Virus record (IMG/VR): IMGVR_UViG_3300034072_001152
Coordinates: 1 to 56,520 of that record
DNA from: a virus
Taxonomy: Duplodnaviria; Caudoviricetes
Reading direction: 5' to 3' (one strand)
Length of the DNA: 56,520 bases
Within the stretch, counting starts at the first letter, position 1. Each line of letters starts with the position of its first letter. The translations under genes and the position numbers were made by a program. The notes beneath the pieces are model-generated. The model ran no database searches. It was not told the DNA's origin and was given only the letters and a program-made list of their open reading frames with translations. Positions 37,045 to 46,831 of the stretch are shown piece by piece.

Positions 37045-37779
37045 ATGGCCCGACCCGGTGCCAGCGAAGAGACACGCATCCGCAAGCTGAAGGATGCGCT
37101 TCAGCGGGCGAGAACTACCCTCACGCCCGGCGAGATGATCGGGCAGCGCGCGATGTGCGACCTGCTCGGCGTCTCATCCATGACACTGCGCGAATGGCTG
37201 GATGACCCCGAGGTCGAAGGGTCTGGGGCCTTCAAGCGCGGCGGCATGGGCAACAAATACGAGTTCGACCCGGTGCTGACGATCTGGGTGCTGCTCTGGT
37301 ATTTTGAGCGCAAGCGTTCGGATGCCGTGCTGGTCAATGCGCGGATGCGCGAGATGGTCGTCGGCGACCGTCTCGGCGATGCCCCGCCTGAAATGACCAT
37401 GCGGGATGTGAAGGAAGCGATGCAGGTCAACCTGCAACTGCTCACCGCCGAGAAGGAAGCGGGCAAGCTGGTCGACGCGACCGAAGCTGCTTCGACCTAT
37501 CGCAATCTGCTGCTGTCGATCCGCGACACCCTGCTCGGCTCGCCGCAGCGGCTGGACCCGACGAATGCCTGGCCGACCGAGTTCCGGGAGACGTTCGACA
37601 ATGCCTTGTCGGATGTGCTCGTCGAATTGCGGAACGCCGCTGAGAAAGCCCTGATCGACCTCGATGCAACTCTCCCCGCACGTCCTGATGCACCGGCTGA
37701 CCGATCTGGCGGCCGGAAAGCGGCTGGCCGACGCGCGGGCACTGGCGCGAAACGAGCTCGAGCTACTTCAGCCGCCTGA
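37045..37779 (+). CDS. Terminase small subunit (Nu1-like)
   Basis: N-terminal HTH (MCDLLGVSSMTLREW..GNKYEFD), GKLVD motif, overlaps the large subunit gene. Confidence 0.75.
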   Translation: MARPGASEETRIRKLKDALQRARTTLTPGEMIGQRAMCDLLGVSSMTLREWLDDPEVEGSGAFKRGGMGNKYEFDPVLTIWVLLWYFERKRSDAVLVNARMREMVVGDRLGDAPPEMTMRDVKEAMQVNLQLLTAEKEAGKLVDATEAASTYRNLLLSIRDTLLGSPQRLDPTNAWPTEFRETFDNALSDVLVELRNAAEKALIDLDATLPARPDAPADRSGGRKAAGRRAGTGAKRARATSAA

Positions 37780-40700
37780 GAAGATCAGCACGGTCGACAA
37801 CGCCGAGAAGTATCGGTTCCTGCCCGGCACGGAAAACGGGGCTATCGTCCGCTACGACCGGATGCGGACGCCTTACAATGTCGGGCCGATGAATTCGCTC
37901 GACGATCCGAAGTGCCAGCTTCTCGTCATGGTGAAGCCTTCGCGATCGGGCGGCACCGCGGTCGCCGAGAACTACCTGTTCAAGCTCGCCAAGTTCGGGC
38001 CGATGACCGGCATTGCTTGGGTGCTCAACAGCGACGAAGCTGTCACTGCCTATGTCCGTAAGGTCGCGAAACCGCTGTTTGATCTGAACCTGGCCGACCG
38101 GGTAAGCAAGGAGCGCGGCGAGGACACTGACTACTACAAGGTCGTCTCGGGTTATCCGATCGAATATCTGGCGAACAAGGATTCGACATGGCGTGACCGC
38201 GAGCCCGGCTACATCCATGTCGACGAGCCGGATGCGGCAGCAAAGCGCTGGGCGGCATCGCCCCGGGTCCAGATCGACGGTCGGCAGAAGCAGCTCGGCA
38301 ACCGGCGCAAGGCGTCGATCATGTCGCACCCGGACTTGGGTTACAGCAGCGGTGTGGCGGCGGCGTTCGAAGATACGAGCCGCGGCATCTACGTGATGAC
38401 CTGCCCGGAATGCGGCGGCCACGCGGCGGCCTATGCGACGAAATACTGGGATGACGTGCCCCAGTTCAAGCTGAGCTGGACGCGGAACGAAGAACTGCCG
38501 ACCGATGAGCGGGTGAAGCTGGCCGAGGCGACCGCCGCCGTGGCCTGCCCGCATTGTGGTGCCGCGCTTGACGATCAGCAGCGCCGCGACATGGTGGATG
38601 CCGCGCTGACCCGCAACGATGCGAGCCGCGACGGCTGGATGCACCGCGGACAGACACTGGATCCCGAGCGCGGGGTGATCGGCGAGCCCGATCCGCACAC
38701 CGCGCACGGCTACTGGGTGCATGGCATCATGCTCAAGACGCAGGACATCGCGAAGCTGGCCCGCGATTACGAGCAGGCGCTCATCAAATTCGAACGCACC
38801 AAGGATGCGGCACAGCTCAAGGAATTCCTGAGCAAGCAGCTTGGGGAGATATTCGAAGGGGCCGCCACCACGGGCGGGGTCAGTGCGCGGATCCTGAAGG
38901 AACGGGTTGCTGAGGCGGCCTATGATCGCGGCTTCTGCCCGCGCGAGGTCGAGTTCATCACGGCGGCGATCGACCCGGGCCGCCGCAAGTTCGATGCCGC
39001 CTTCTGGGGCTGGGACTTGCAGGGCCGGTCATGGCTGATCGACCGGATCACCGAGCGGCAACGGCTGCATGACGGCGGCCAATGGCGCGACATCGACCTC
39101 TACGGCCGGATCGAGGACTGGGACATCATGTGGAGCAAGGTGCTGAACCGCACCTTCCCGATCGTCGGCAGGCCGGACATGGCGATGCCGGTGGCTGTGG
39201 CGCTGCTGGACTCCTCGGACGGTAACGTGACGTGGAAGGCTCGCGAGTTCGCGCGCCGCGCCATGCTTGCTGGCTATGCCTGGGGTGGCTGGCAGAGACT
39301 GAAGCTCATCAAGGGGCAAGCCGGCAAGCGGCCCGCCCTGCCCGAAGCGCCGACGCGGATCGACAAGGATGAGCGCGGGCAACAGGTCGAGCCGGTGCTG
39401 ATGGAATACCGCCTCGGGGTCGATGCCTTGAAGGCGCAAACGCTTGAACGTCTGGCAACACCGGAAGGTGAGCCGGGAGCCTGCCGCTTCCCGCGCGAGA
39501 TCGAACCGCACTACCTTGAGGAATACTTCGGGGAGACGCTGATCGACGGCAAATGGGTCCGCAACGGCCCGAACGAGACTTTGGATTGCTTTGATATGGA
39601 AACGGAAATCCTCACTGAAAACGGCTGGGTTCCGTTCCCTGAGCTTGATCGGGCTTGCCGTGTCGCAACGGTCAATCTGAAGAGTCGTGAAATCGAATAT
39701 CAATGGCCGACAGAATACATCGCCCGTCGCCATAGCGGCGACATGGTGAAGCTGGCCGGTCGCCGCATCGACATTCTGGTGACGCCCAATCACCGCATGG
39801 TGACGATGAAGCCCGAATGGGATCAGTCAAAGCAGGGCTGGAACTTTGATGTCGAGCCCCAGATCACCTTGGCGAAAGATTTGACCATCAGGCATTCGCT
39901 GCTGATGTCGGCGAAGTGGCGCGGATCGCAAGTTGAACAGATCACTGTGCCTAAGTTTATCAGCGCACAGGGGCGCGCCGTCTCTAAGAGTGTCGATGTC
40001 GACGCGAAAGCGCTTGCCGCTCTGACAGGATGGTTTGTCGCTGAGGGTTGTCTGGCGCAGTATCGCAGCAAAACGCAGGGTAATATGCGCCGCCGTGTTC
40101 TGATCTACCAGAACGAGGGCCCAAAGGCCGATATGATCCGCGCGGTCTTGGCGGCACTGCCTTGGCATTTTGTTGAGTCTCGCCGCGGCGAAGGCGTGCT
40201 TTTCACTGCGTCGTCTGCGCAACTGCACGACTTCTTGCAGGACTGCGGCGCCGGTGCTGCGTTCAAGAGGGTGCCGCAATGGATCAAATCGGCCGAGCCG
40301 GAAATCATTTCCGCGTTCATTGATGCCGCAATCGCTGGCGATGGCTGGAGTCAGACCAAGGCGGGCCAAAGGGTGCATCGCACTTACGCCACCGTGAGCA
40401 GGCAACTGGCTGACGATATGCAGGAGCTTTTCATCAAGATTGGCTGCGCTGCAAACATCAAGGTGCGTCGTGGCGGGAAGCCGTGCAAGATCGGCAGGGC
40501 TGACGGTGAGTGCCTAGACCAGTATCATGTCTCCGAATGCAAATCCGCTACCGCCGCTCTTGATACGAGCGTGGGCGGCAAGCGACGGTTTCTGGGCGAG
40601 ACGGTCCAGTATCACGGCATGGTCTATTGCGTGACGGTGCCAAACGGGACGCTGATCTGTCGCCGCAATGGCAAGAGCTTCATCGCTGGCAACTGCCACG

Positions 40701-40870
40701 CTTACGCCGAGGCGGGGCGCCAACTGCTCGCGCCCGACCGGGCCGACATAGACTGGAAGAACAGCCGCCCGGCTTGGGCGACACCGATTTCACTGAGCAA
40801 GCAGGCCGAAGAAAGCGCGCCTGCCGAGGGCCCGAATATCTTCGACGCCTTCGCAGCTCTCAATGACTGA
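37664..40870 (+). CDS. Terminase large subunit (lambda gpA family) containing an intein
   Basis: RTPY, KPSRSGGT Walker A, VDEPD Walker B, CPECG/CPHCG, TAAID, NETLD-C nuclease motif; start uncertain. Confidence 0.92.
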   Translation: MQLSPHVLMHRLTDLAAGKRLADARALARNELELLQPPEKISTVDNAEKYRFLPGTENGAIVRYDRMRTPYNVGPMNSLDDPKCQLLVMVKPSRSGGTAVAENYLFKLAKFGPMTGIAWVLNSDEAVTAYVRKVAKPLFDLNLADRVSKERGEDTDYYKVVSGYPIEYLANKDSTWRDREPGYIHVDEPDAAAKRWAASPRVQIDGRQKQLGNRRKASIMSHPDLGYSSGVAAAFEDTSRGIYVMTCPECGGHAAAYATKYWDDVPQFKLSWTRNEELPTDERVKLAEATAAVACPHCGAALDDQQRRDMVDAALTRNDASRDGWMHRGQTLDPERGVIGEPDPHTAHGYWVHGIMLKTQDIAKLARDYEQALIKFERTKDAAQLKEFLSKQLGEIFEGAATTGGVSARILKERVAEAAYDRGFCPREVEFITAAIDPGRRKFDAAFWGWDLQGRSWLIDRITERQRLHDGGQWRDIDLYGRIEDWDIMWSKVLNRTFPIVGRPDMAMPVAVALLDSSDGNVTWKAREFARRAMLAGYAWGGWQRLKLIKGQAGKRPALPEAPTRIDKDERGQQVEPVLMEYRLGVDALKAQTLERLATPEGEPGACRFPREIEPHYLEEYFGETLIDGKWVRNGPNETLDCFDMETEILTENGWVPFPELDRACRVATVNLKSREIEYQWPTEYIARRHSGDMVKLAGRRIDILVTPNHRMVTMKPEWDQSKQGWNFDVEPQITLAKDLTIRHSLLMSAKWRGSQVEQITVPKFISAQGRAVSKSVDVDAKALAALTGWFVAEGCLAQYRSKTQGNMRRRVLIYQNEGPKADMIRAVLAALPWHFVESRRGEGVLFTASSAQLHDFLQDCGAGAAFKRVPQWIKSAEPEIISAFIDAAIAGDGWSQTKAGQRVHRTYATVSRQLADDMQELFIKIGCAANIKVRRGGKPCKIGRADGECLDQYHVSECKSATAALDTSVGGKRRFLGETVQYHGMVYCVTVPNGTLICRRNGKSFIAGNCHAYAEAGRQLLAPDRADIDWKNSRPAWATPISLSKQAEESAPAEGPNIFDAFAALND
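39587..40693 (+). mobile_element. Intein (369 aa) with LAGLIDADG homing endonuclease
   Basis: Starts CFDMETEILTENGW, block B VTPNHRM, LTGWFVAEG and FIDAAIAGDG motifs, ends VYCVTVPNG..IAGN followed by Cys+1. Confidence 0.93.
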
Positions 40871-40917
40871 CAGAACTGGAACCCGAAAATGTCGCAAACC
40901 GGACGGAACTTCGAAGC

Positions 40918-41220
40918 ATGAGCAATCCCCCGGTGTTCTTCACGCGCCAAGACGGCAAGCTGGCTCTTTGCCTGTCGCGCGCGGCGCAGTGGTTCGCAGG
41001 TGTATTCGCCACGCTGGTTGGCGCTGGGACGATCTGGTTTTTCAGCCTGACCTATACCGCCGCAGAAAACAGCAGGCAGGCACTGCTCGAGATCAAGCAT
41101 CTCTCCGAGAAACTGGATCTCTACAAGGCTGACACGAATGAGCGGCTGAAGGACTTGAAGGCTCAAGTCGACAAGAACGACGAGCGCGACTTCAAGGTTC
41201 ATGGAAGGGAAGAGGGATGA
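40918..41220 (+). CDS. Single-TM membrane protein (holin/antiholin candidate)
   Basis: One TM helix plus coiled coil, immediately before the endolysin. Confidence 0.55.
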   Translation: MSNPPVFFTRQDGKLALCLSRAAQWFAGVFATLVGAGTIWFFSLTYTAAENSRQALLEIKHLSEKLDLYKADTNERLKDLKAQVDKNDERDFKVHGREEG

Positions 41221-41951
41221 GCCAGAGCAATCGCATCGCGCTTCAGCAGTTCCTCAACAGCAAGGGTGCGCGGCTGGCCGTGGATGGTGCCGTGGGGCCA
41301 GCAACCCGTGACGCGCTCTACACCCTGTTCGCCAACCGGCAGGCCCTGCCGATCATGCCTTCGGAAGTTGCCGGCATCGCCCGGGTGCTTGGCGTTTCGA
41401 CCGCACAGGTGCGCTCCGTGGCGGCCGTGGAATCTGCTGGCGGTGGCTTTCTCCCGACCGGCCATCCGAAGCTGCTCTGGGAGCGGCACTGGTTTTTTCG
41501 CCGCATCGGCGTGAAACTGACCTCTGCGCTACCCGGTCAATGGGTCGCCTTCCCTGACCCGGGCGGCTACACGCTCGACGCCGACAAGGATGGTGTCAAC
41601 GATAGCTGGGAGAAGCTGCTCGAGGGCTGCACCCGCGATCCTGTGGCCGCCTTCGAAAGCTGCTCATGGGGTATGTTTCAGATCATGGGCGCGCACTGGA
41701 AGTCGCTTGGCTACCCCAGCGTGTTCGAATTCGCCTGGTCGATGCGTGAAAGCGAGGCCGGGCACTACCGCGCGCTGGCGGCGTTTATCCGCGTCAACCG
41801 GCTGATCCCTGCGATGAAGTTGCTCTCGACCAACGCCGCAGCCAACCGCGCTTTCGCACGCGGCTACAACGGCCCTGCGTTCGCCAAGAACCGCTATGAC
41901 GAGAAACTGGCCGACGCGATGGTGCGGTTCTCTCGCGAGATCGGCGCATGA
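41217..41951 (+). CDS. Endolysin: N-acetylmuramidase (DUF3380 family) with PG-binding N-terminus
   Basis: VDGAVGPAT; AVESAG..PKLLWERHWF; SWGMFQIMG; YNGP..NRYDEKL. Confidence 0.9.
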   Translation: MSQSNRIALQQFLNSKGARLAVDGAVGPATRDALYTLFANRQALPIMPSEVAGIARVLGVSTAQVRSVAAVESAGGGFLPTGHPKLLWERHWFFRRIGVKLTSALPGQWVAFPDPGGYTLDADKDGVNDSWEKLLEGCTRDPVAAFESCSWGMFQIMGAHWKSLGYPSVFEFAWSMRESEAGHYRALAAFIRVNRLIPAMKLLSTNAAANRAFARGYNGPAFAKNRYDEKLADAMVRFSREIGA

Positions 41952-42337
41952 GCCGCGCGGACGTTGCATCAAAGGTGCTGCATCTGCTCGGTCTGCCGTT
42001 CCGGCTGCTGTGGAATGCGCTGACCTCGATCGCCAATCTCACCCGGCCGCAAATCCGCAGTCTGGTGACGGTCGCGTTCCTCGCCGGGATGATAAGCCTT
42101 TCGGGTGAGAACTGGGCGATCACCTTCGCCGCAGATCACGCTTCACACCGCTTCGCCGAAGATGGTGAAGGCGCTGCGGCGCTGCTCGGCTTTCTGACCG
42201 AGCGGATGCGCTACATCAGCGGGTTGCAGGCGTGGCTGGCGCTGATCCTCGGCGCGGTGATCCTCAACGCGGATTACGTGCGCCTCAAGCTCGGGGACAA
42301 TGAGGCCAGCCTTGGCAGTAAGGGGACTGGCGAATGA
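41948..42337 (+). CDS. Membrane protein, holin candidate
   Basis: Two to three hydrophobic segments, between endolysin and spanin. Confidence 0.55.
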   Translation: MSRADVASKVLHLLGLPFRLLWNALTSIANLTRPQIRSLVTVAFLAGMISLSGENWAITFAADHASHRFAEDGEGAAALLGFLTERMRYISGLQAWLALILGAVILNADYVRLKLGDNEASLGSKGTGE

Positions 42338-42891
42338 TCGCTCGCGTCAAGGACTTCATCATCGCCAACGCGCTGATCGTGGTGGCGGTGCTGCTGGGGC
42401 TGCTGACCTTTCAGACCATCCGCATCGACGGATTGCGCATCGACCTGCCCCTGATCGGCATGATTGGCCCCAAGGGCCTGATCGCCGAGAACGATGATCT
42501 GGCGACCGCGAACAAGAAACTGCTTGCACAGCGCGATGCCGCCCGCGCCGAAAGCCAGCGTATCGCCAAGGCGAACACCGCTGCAACTGAGAAGGCTGAC
42601 GCTGATGAGACTGCCGAACTTGCTGCTGAAATGCCTGCTTCCGAGCGCTTCATTGCTGCTGGCGGCGTGCGCAGATGTCCCGCCCCCAGAACCGACGCCC
42701 CCGCCTCCGGTCAAGGCTCCGGGGTCGATGAAGGAGGAAGTGCGCTGCCCGTCATGGATGACCTGCCCGAAGTCGTGACCGTGCTGCCCGAGGATGTGCG
42801 GATCTGCACCGAAAACACGGTGAAGGCGCGCGCTTGGCAGCAGTGGGGGCTGTCGATTGAGGCGAACAGCGGAGTGAAGAGCGATGAGTGA
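42334..42891 (+). CDS. Inner-membrane spanin (Rz-like)
   Basis: N-terminal TM, coiled coil, embedded lipoprotein gene. Confidence 0.7.
   Translation: MIARVKDFIIANALIVVAVLLGLLTFQTIRIDGLRIDLPLIGMIGPKGLIAENDDLATANKKLLAQRDAARAESQRIAKANTAATEKADADETAELAAEMPASERFIAAGGVRRCPAPRTDAPASGQGSGVDEGGSALPVMDDLPEVVTVLPEDVRICTENTVKARAWQQWGLSIEANSGVKSDE
42605..42778 (+). CDS. Outer-membrane spanin (Rz1-like), embedded in the +1 frame
   Basis: MRLPNLLLKCLLPSASLLLAAC lipobox followed by a Pro-rich segment. Confidence 0.7.
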   Translation: MRLPNLLLKCLLPSASLLLAACADVPPPEPTPPPPVKAPGSMKEEVRCPSWMTCPKS

Positions 42892-43147
42892 AACCCCCGC
42901 TGAAGCCGTCGCCCGCATCGAAACCGAGCTTGGCCAGGCCCGCGCCGCGCGCGCCCTCGCCGCTTCGGGTAAGCAGGTCGAGGATGTCTGGCGCGATGGT
43001 CGCCGCGTCCGGTATTCGGCGTTCTCGCTGAGTGAGTTCACAACGCACATCCGGCAGCTCGAGAGCGAACTCTACGCCGCGCAGGTTGCTGCCGGCATGT
43101 GTGTCGAACCGCGCCGAAGCGCAATCTCGCTGAGGTGGAGCGACTGA
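42884..43147 (+). CDS. Head-tail joining protein (gpW-like)
   Basis: SGKQVEDV..DGRRVRYS..HIRQLE..RR pattern, just before the portal. Confidence 0.75.
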   Translation: MSETPAEAVARIETELGQARAARALAASGKQVEDVWRDGRRVRYSAFSLSEFTTHIRQLESELYAAQVAAGMCVEPRRSAISLRWSD

Positions 43148-44856
43148 TGGGTAAGCCTCGCATCAGGGTTCTCAGCGACGGCACTGTTCCGGCGCAGAGC
43201 GGACTCGCAGAACTCGGGTTGAAGCCGATGGCGTCCAGCTTTCTCGGATACAGCAAGCGCGATGCTGCGCGCCACGACCTATCCGAGATGTCGGGTTGGC
43301 GCCCGCAAATCGACTTCGCCGGATCGTCCTACCGAAACGACTGGGAAACCGTCACCGGCCGGGCGCGCAGCCTTGATGAAAACAACGGCTGGGTGAATGG
43401 CGGGCTTGATCGGCGCGTCGAGTCCGTCATCGGCGAGAACATCCGGCTCAGCGCCCAGCCCTCCCATGTGCTGCTCAATCGGGACTATGAGTGGCGCATG
43501 GGCTGGACCGCCGATGTGCAGGAGCGGTTCAAGGTCTGGGCAAACGACATCCACCACCGCAACGATGTTCGCAAGAAGCTGACCTTCGGCGCGCAGGCCC
43601 GCTTGGCCTATCTGACCTATGTGCGCGACGGCAGCGCGGCGGTGGAAATCCGCGATCTCGACCGCGGCATCCGCAACCCGACAGCGGTGCTGCTCGTCGA
43701 GCCGGAACGCATCGAAACGCCACCTGAGATGAAGGCGGCTGAATCGCCACGCCTGCGCGACGGCATCGCCTTTGATGCCAACGGTGCGCCGATCGGTTAC
43801 TGGGTTCGCAACGGACACCCCAACGACCCGCTTCAGAACTTCGAGGGCACGCGCTACACCTTCGTTCCTGCGGAGGGCCGGACCGGACGCGCGCGCTTCG
43901 TCCATGTGTTCTCGCCGCGTCGGATCGAGCAGAATATCGGCATCAGCAAGCTCGCCGAGGTCATGCTGCCAGCCAAGATGCTTGATCGCGTCGACCGCGC
44001 CGAGGTCAATGCCGCGCTGAAATCCGCGATCTTCTCGCTCTTCATCAAGGCGCCGGGCACGTCCGAGGACATCGCGGCCTCGCTGGCGCCCTCAGGTGGC
44101 GTGAAGCAGGTCGATCCGTGGATTTCAGCCTACGTCGATCAGCGCAAGAAGAACCCGATCGTAGTCGATGGGGCGCAGGTCAATCACCTCTATCCCGACG
44201 AGGATGTGGTGACGCCGGATGCCTCGCATCCGAACAGCAACTATCCCGACTTTGCCCGCTTTATCTTGCAGAAGGTCGCCAGCTCGCTCGGCATCAGCTA
44301 CCCGCAGATTTCGCAGGACTATGCCGGCATCAATTACAGCAGCGCCCGCACGCTGCTCAATGAAATCTGGCGCGGGCTCAAGCAGGATCGCGTCTTCTTC
44401 TGCCAACACCTCCTGACCCCGATTTACTCCGCATGGCTGGAATGGGAGGTCGCCAACGGCGATGTGAAGGTGCCGGGCGGCCCCGCCAACTTCTACCGGA
44501 ACAAGACTGCGATCTGCATGGCGGAATGGATTGGTCCCGGACGGGGCTCGGTGGATCCCAAAAAGGAAGCCGACGCCAACAATCTTGATGAAGCCGCTGG
44601 CAGAAAGTCAGTCGTCGAGTCGATCCTTGAGAATGGGCGAGATCCGAGCGACGTATTGGCCGAGGAGGCTTGGTATATCCAAGAGCGCGAGCGCCGCGGC
44701 CTCGCGCCGGTCAACCGCAACGTCAAGGCTGCCGCTGCTGGCGCTGATGGCGAAAGCGAGGGCGGTGGCACGGCTGATGACCGCGACGGCGATGGACAGC
44801 CGAATGAGAGTGAGCGCCGCCGCCGCGGTGCCCAACCGGAAGGGGCTGAGGGATGA
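43147..44856 (+). CDS. Portal protein, lambda family
   Basis: RARSLDENNG, ISQDYAGINYSSAR, WIGPGRGSVDPKKE. Confidence 0.93.
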   Translation: MGKPRIRVLSDGTVPAQSGLAELGLKPMASSFLGYSKRDAARHDLSEMSGWRPQIDFAGSSYRNDWETVTGRARSLDENNGWVNGGLDRRVESVIGENIRLSAQPSHVLLNRDYEWRMGWTADVQERFKVWANDIHHRNDVRKKLTFGAQARLAYLTYVRDGSAAVEIRDLDRGIRNPTAVLLVEPERIETPPEMKAAESPRLRDGIAFDANGAPIGYWVRNGHPNDPLQNFEGTRYTFVPAEGRTGRARFVHVFSPRRIEQNIGISKLAEVMLPAKMLDRVDRAEVNAALKSAIFSLFIKAPGTSEDIAASLAPSGGVKQVDPWISAYVDQRKKNPIVVDGAQVNHLYPDEDVVTPDASHPNSNYPDFARFILQKVASSLGISYPQISQDYAGINYSSARTLLNEIWRGLKQDRVFFCQHLLTPIYSAWLEWEVANGDVKVPGGPANFYRNKTAICMAEWIGPGRGSVDPKKEADANNLDEAAGRKSVVESILENGRDPSDVLAEEAWYIQERERRGLAPVNRNVKAAAAGADGESEGGGTADDRDGDGQPNESERRRRGAQPEGAEG

Positions 44857-45749
44857 GCAGGTTTGCGCATGTAAGCTCTAGGCTGTTCAACGCCCCACTC
44901 ATGCTGCGCCCCGAGAAGGCCGAGATGCTGTGCGCAGCGCTGGTCGACCGGCTCGGCATCGCCAAGCTGGATACGATTGATGGTCGTTCGCTCGGTGCGG
45001 CGCAGATGCGCCAGATGGCGATGGATGATGACTACTACTGGTCAAAACCCAAGACGGCCCGCGATATGTATGAGGTCCGCCGAGGGGTAGCGACCATCAA
45101 CATCAACGGATCGCTCGTCCACAAGCTCGGCGGCGTCGAGCCCTACTGCGGCCTCGTGGGTTACGACTGCATTGAGCGCATTGTCGCTGATGCCCAAGAC
45201 AACGAGGATGTCGGCGCGATCCTGCTCGACATCGACAGCCCCGGTGGCGAGGTTGCTGGCTGTTTCGATTTTGCCCGCAAGCTGCGCACCATGGGAGCGC
45301 GGAGCGGCGGTAAGCCGATCGTCGCCTTTGCCAACGAAATGGCCTGCTCTGCGGCCTATGCCATCGCCTGCGCCTGTGATGCCGTGATGACCACCGAAAC
45401 CGGGATCGTCGGCTCCATCGGCGTCTGGACCATGCAGGTCGACATGACCAAGGGCCTGTCGAAGAACGGCATTGAGGTCACGATGATCCGCGCCGGTGAG
45501 CGCAAGGCCCGCGGCGGACCCTATGAGGTCGCCGATGATGAGACGTTCTCCAAGCTGCAAGGCTGGGTCGATCAGACCTGGGACATCTTCTGCGCCCATG
45601 TTGCCGAATGCCGCGGCGAGGATGCCGCTGATGTGAAGGCGCTTGAGGGTGACTGGTTTACCGGCCGGGATGCCCTTTCCATGAACCTTGTCGATGGCGT
45701 CGACACGCCTGACGCCATCTTCGAAGCCGTCGCCGCGATGGCGCGATAA
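44853..45749 (+). CDS. S49 family prohead protease (gpC-like)
   Basis: LDIDSPGGEV, ACSAAYAIA, VGSIGV. Confidence 0.92.
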   Translation: MSRFAHVSSRLFNAPLMLRPEKAEMLCAALVDRLGIAKLDTIDGRSLGAAQMRQMAMDDDYYWSKPKTARDMYEVRRGVATININGSLVHKLGGVEPYCGLVGYDCIERIVADAQDNEDVGAILLDIDSPGGEVAGCFDFARKLRTMGARSGGKPIVAFANEMACSAAYAIACACDAVMTTETGIVGSIGVWTMQVDMTKGLSKNGIEVTMIRAGERKARGGPYEVADDETFSKLQGWVDQTWDIFCAHVAECRGEDAADVKALEGDWFTGRDALSMNLVDGVDTPDAIFEAVAAMAR

Positions 45750-45791
45750 CCGGACGCACCTGCGCCCACCCACAACCCGAAAGGAACGACT

Positions 45792-46397
45792 ATGACCGAA
45801 GCCTCGAAGGGGCTGCGGAAGGCGATCGTGCGTAATGCCGGCGTCTCCAAGCTGACCACCGATGAACTGCTCGCCGAGATGACCGACGATCAGAAGGCCG
45901 CGATCGCCGCCTCGCTGGCACCGGCCGCGAACGCCGCCGCGCCCGCCGCCAATGCCGGTAATACCCCCAAGCCCGACGCGGAAGCCGAGGACGACGAGGA
46001 TGACGCCGAGATGATGGACAAGAAGAAGAAGTCCAAGAAGGACGGCGAAGAAGAATACATGGACGACGACAAGGCCAAGGCCGCGACCGATCGTGCCATT
46101 GCCGTCATGTCGAGCGAGCACTTTGCCGGCCGCGAGGCGCAGGCCAAGACCCTTCTCGCCAACGACAAGCTCAGCGCCGACGAGATCATCACGATCCTCG
46201 CCGACCTGAAGCCTGCTGCCCCGGCCGACCCGGAAGCGGGCGCCCGCGCCGAAATGCAGGCGGCGCTGAAGGACAACGCCCCCTCGGGCATCGAAGCCAA
46301 CACCACCACCCCCAACAGCAATCCGGCCAGCAAGGCCGAAGATGTGTGGGCCTTCGCCACGGCGAAGGTCTTCGGACCCAACAACAAGGCCGTCTGA
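45792..46397 (+). CDS. Scaffolding protein (Nu3-like)
   Basis: Ala/acidic, GREAQAKTL motif, between protease and decoration genes. Confidence 0.65.
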   Translation: MTEASKGLRKAIVRNAGVSKLTTDELLAEMTDDQKAAIAASLAPAANAAAPAANAGNTPKPDAEAEDDEDDAEMMDKKKKSKKDGEEEYMDDDKAKAATDRAIAVMSSEHFAGREAQAKTLLANDKLSADEIITILADLKPAAPADPEAGARAEMQAALKDNAPSGIEANTTTPNSNPASKAEDVWAFATAKVFGPNNKAV

Positions 46398-46427
46398 TCG
46401 CGGCTTCAAGCACGAAAGGAATAAGCA

Positions 46428-46802
46428 ATGCCGACTCTTACCGAAGGCAAGCATGAGGGCGAATTCATCGGCGAACTCGCCATGAGCCCCGGCTACCACA
46501 TCGACGCCATCACCGTTCTTTCCGGCCAGAACCTCTCTGCCTGCACCGTGCTCGGCAAGATCACCGCGTCGGGCAAGTTTGTCGCCTACGACAATGCCGG
46601 GACCGATGATGGCCGCCGCACCGTCGCGGGCATCCTGGTGCCCGCCGCCGATGCCACCACTGGCGATCTGACCTCGCGAGCGCTGCTGCGCGGCCCGGCC
46701 ACCGTGAACAAGAACGACCTCGTTTGGGCTGCCGGGATCGACGCGACCGAACAGGCCGCCGCGATCGCGCAGCTTCTCACCCTCGGGATCAAGGCCGTCT
46801 GA
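46428..46802 (+). CDS. Head decoration protein (gpD-like)
   Basis: GQNL..TVLGKITASGKF..YD..DG..AGIL. Confidence 0.85.
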   Translation: MPTLTEGKHEGEFIGELAMSPGYHIDAITVLSGQNLSACTVLGKITASGKFVAYDNAGTDDGRRTVAGILVPAADATTGDLTSRALLRGPATVNKNDLVWAAGIDATEQAAAIAQLLTLGIKAV

Positions 46803-46831
46803 TCGGCGGCTGACAGCAAAGGAATCCTGCC

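Noticed and set aside
36937-37045. cos site upstream of the small terminase gene
   Set aside because: No cosQ/cosN-like motif is visible there; it cannot be excluded without read data.
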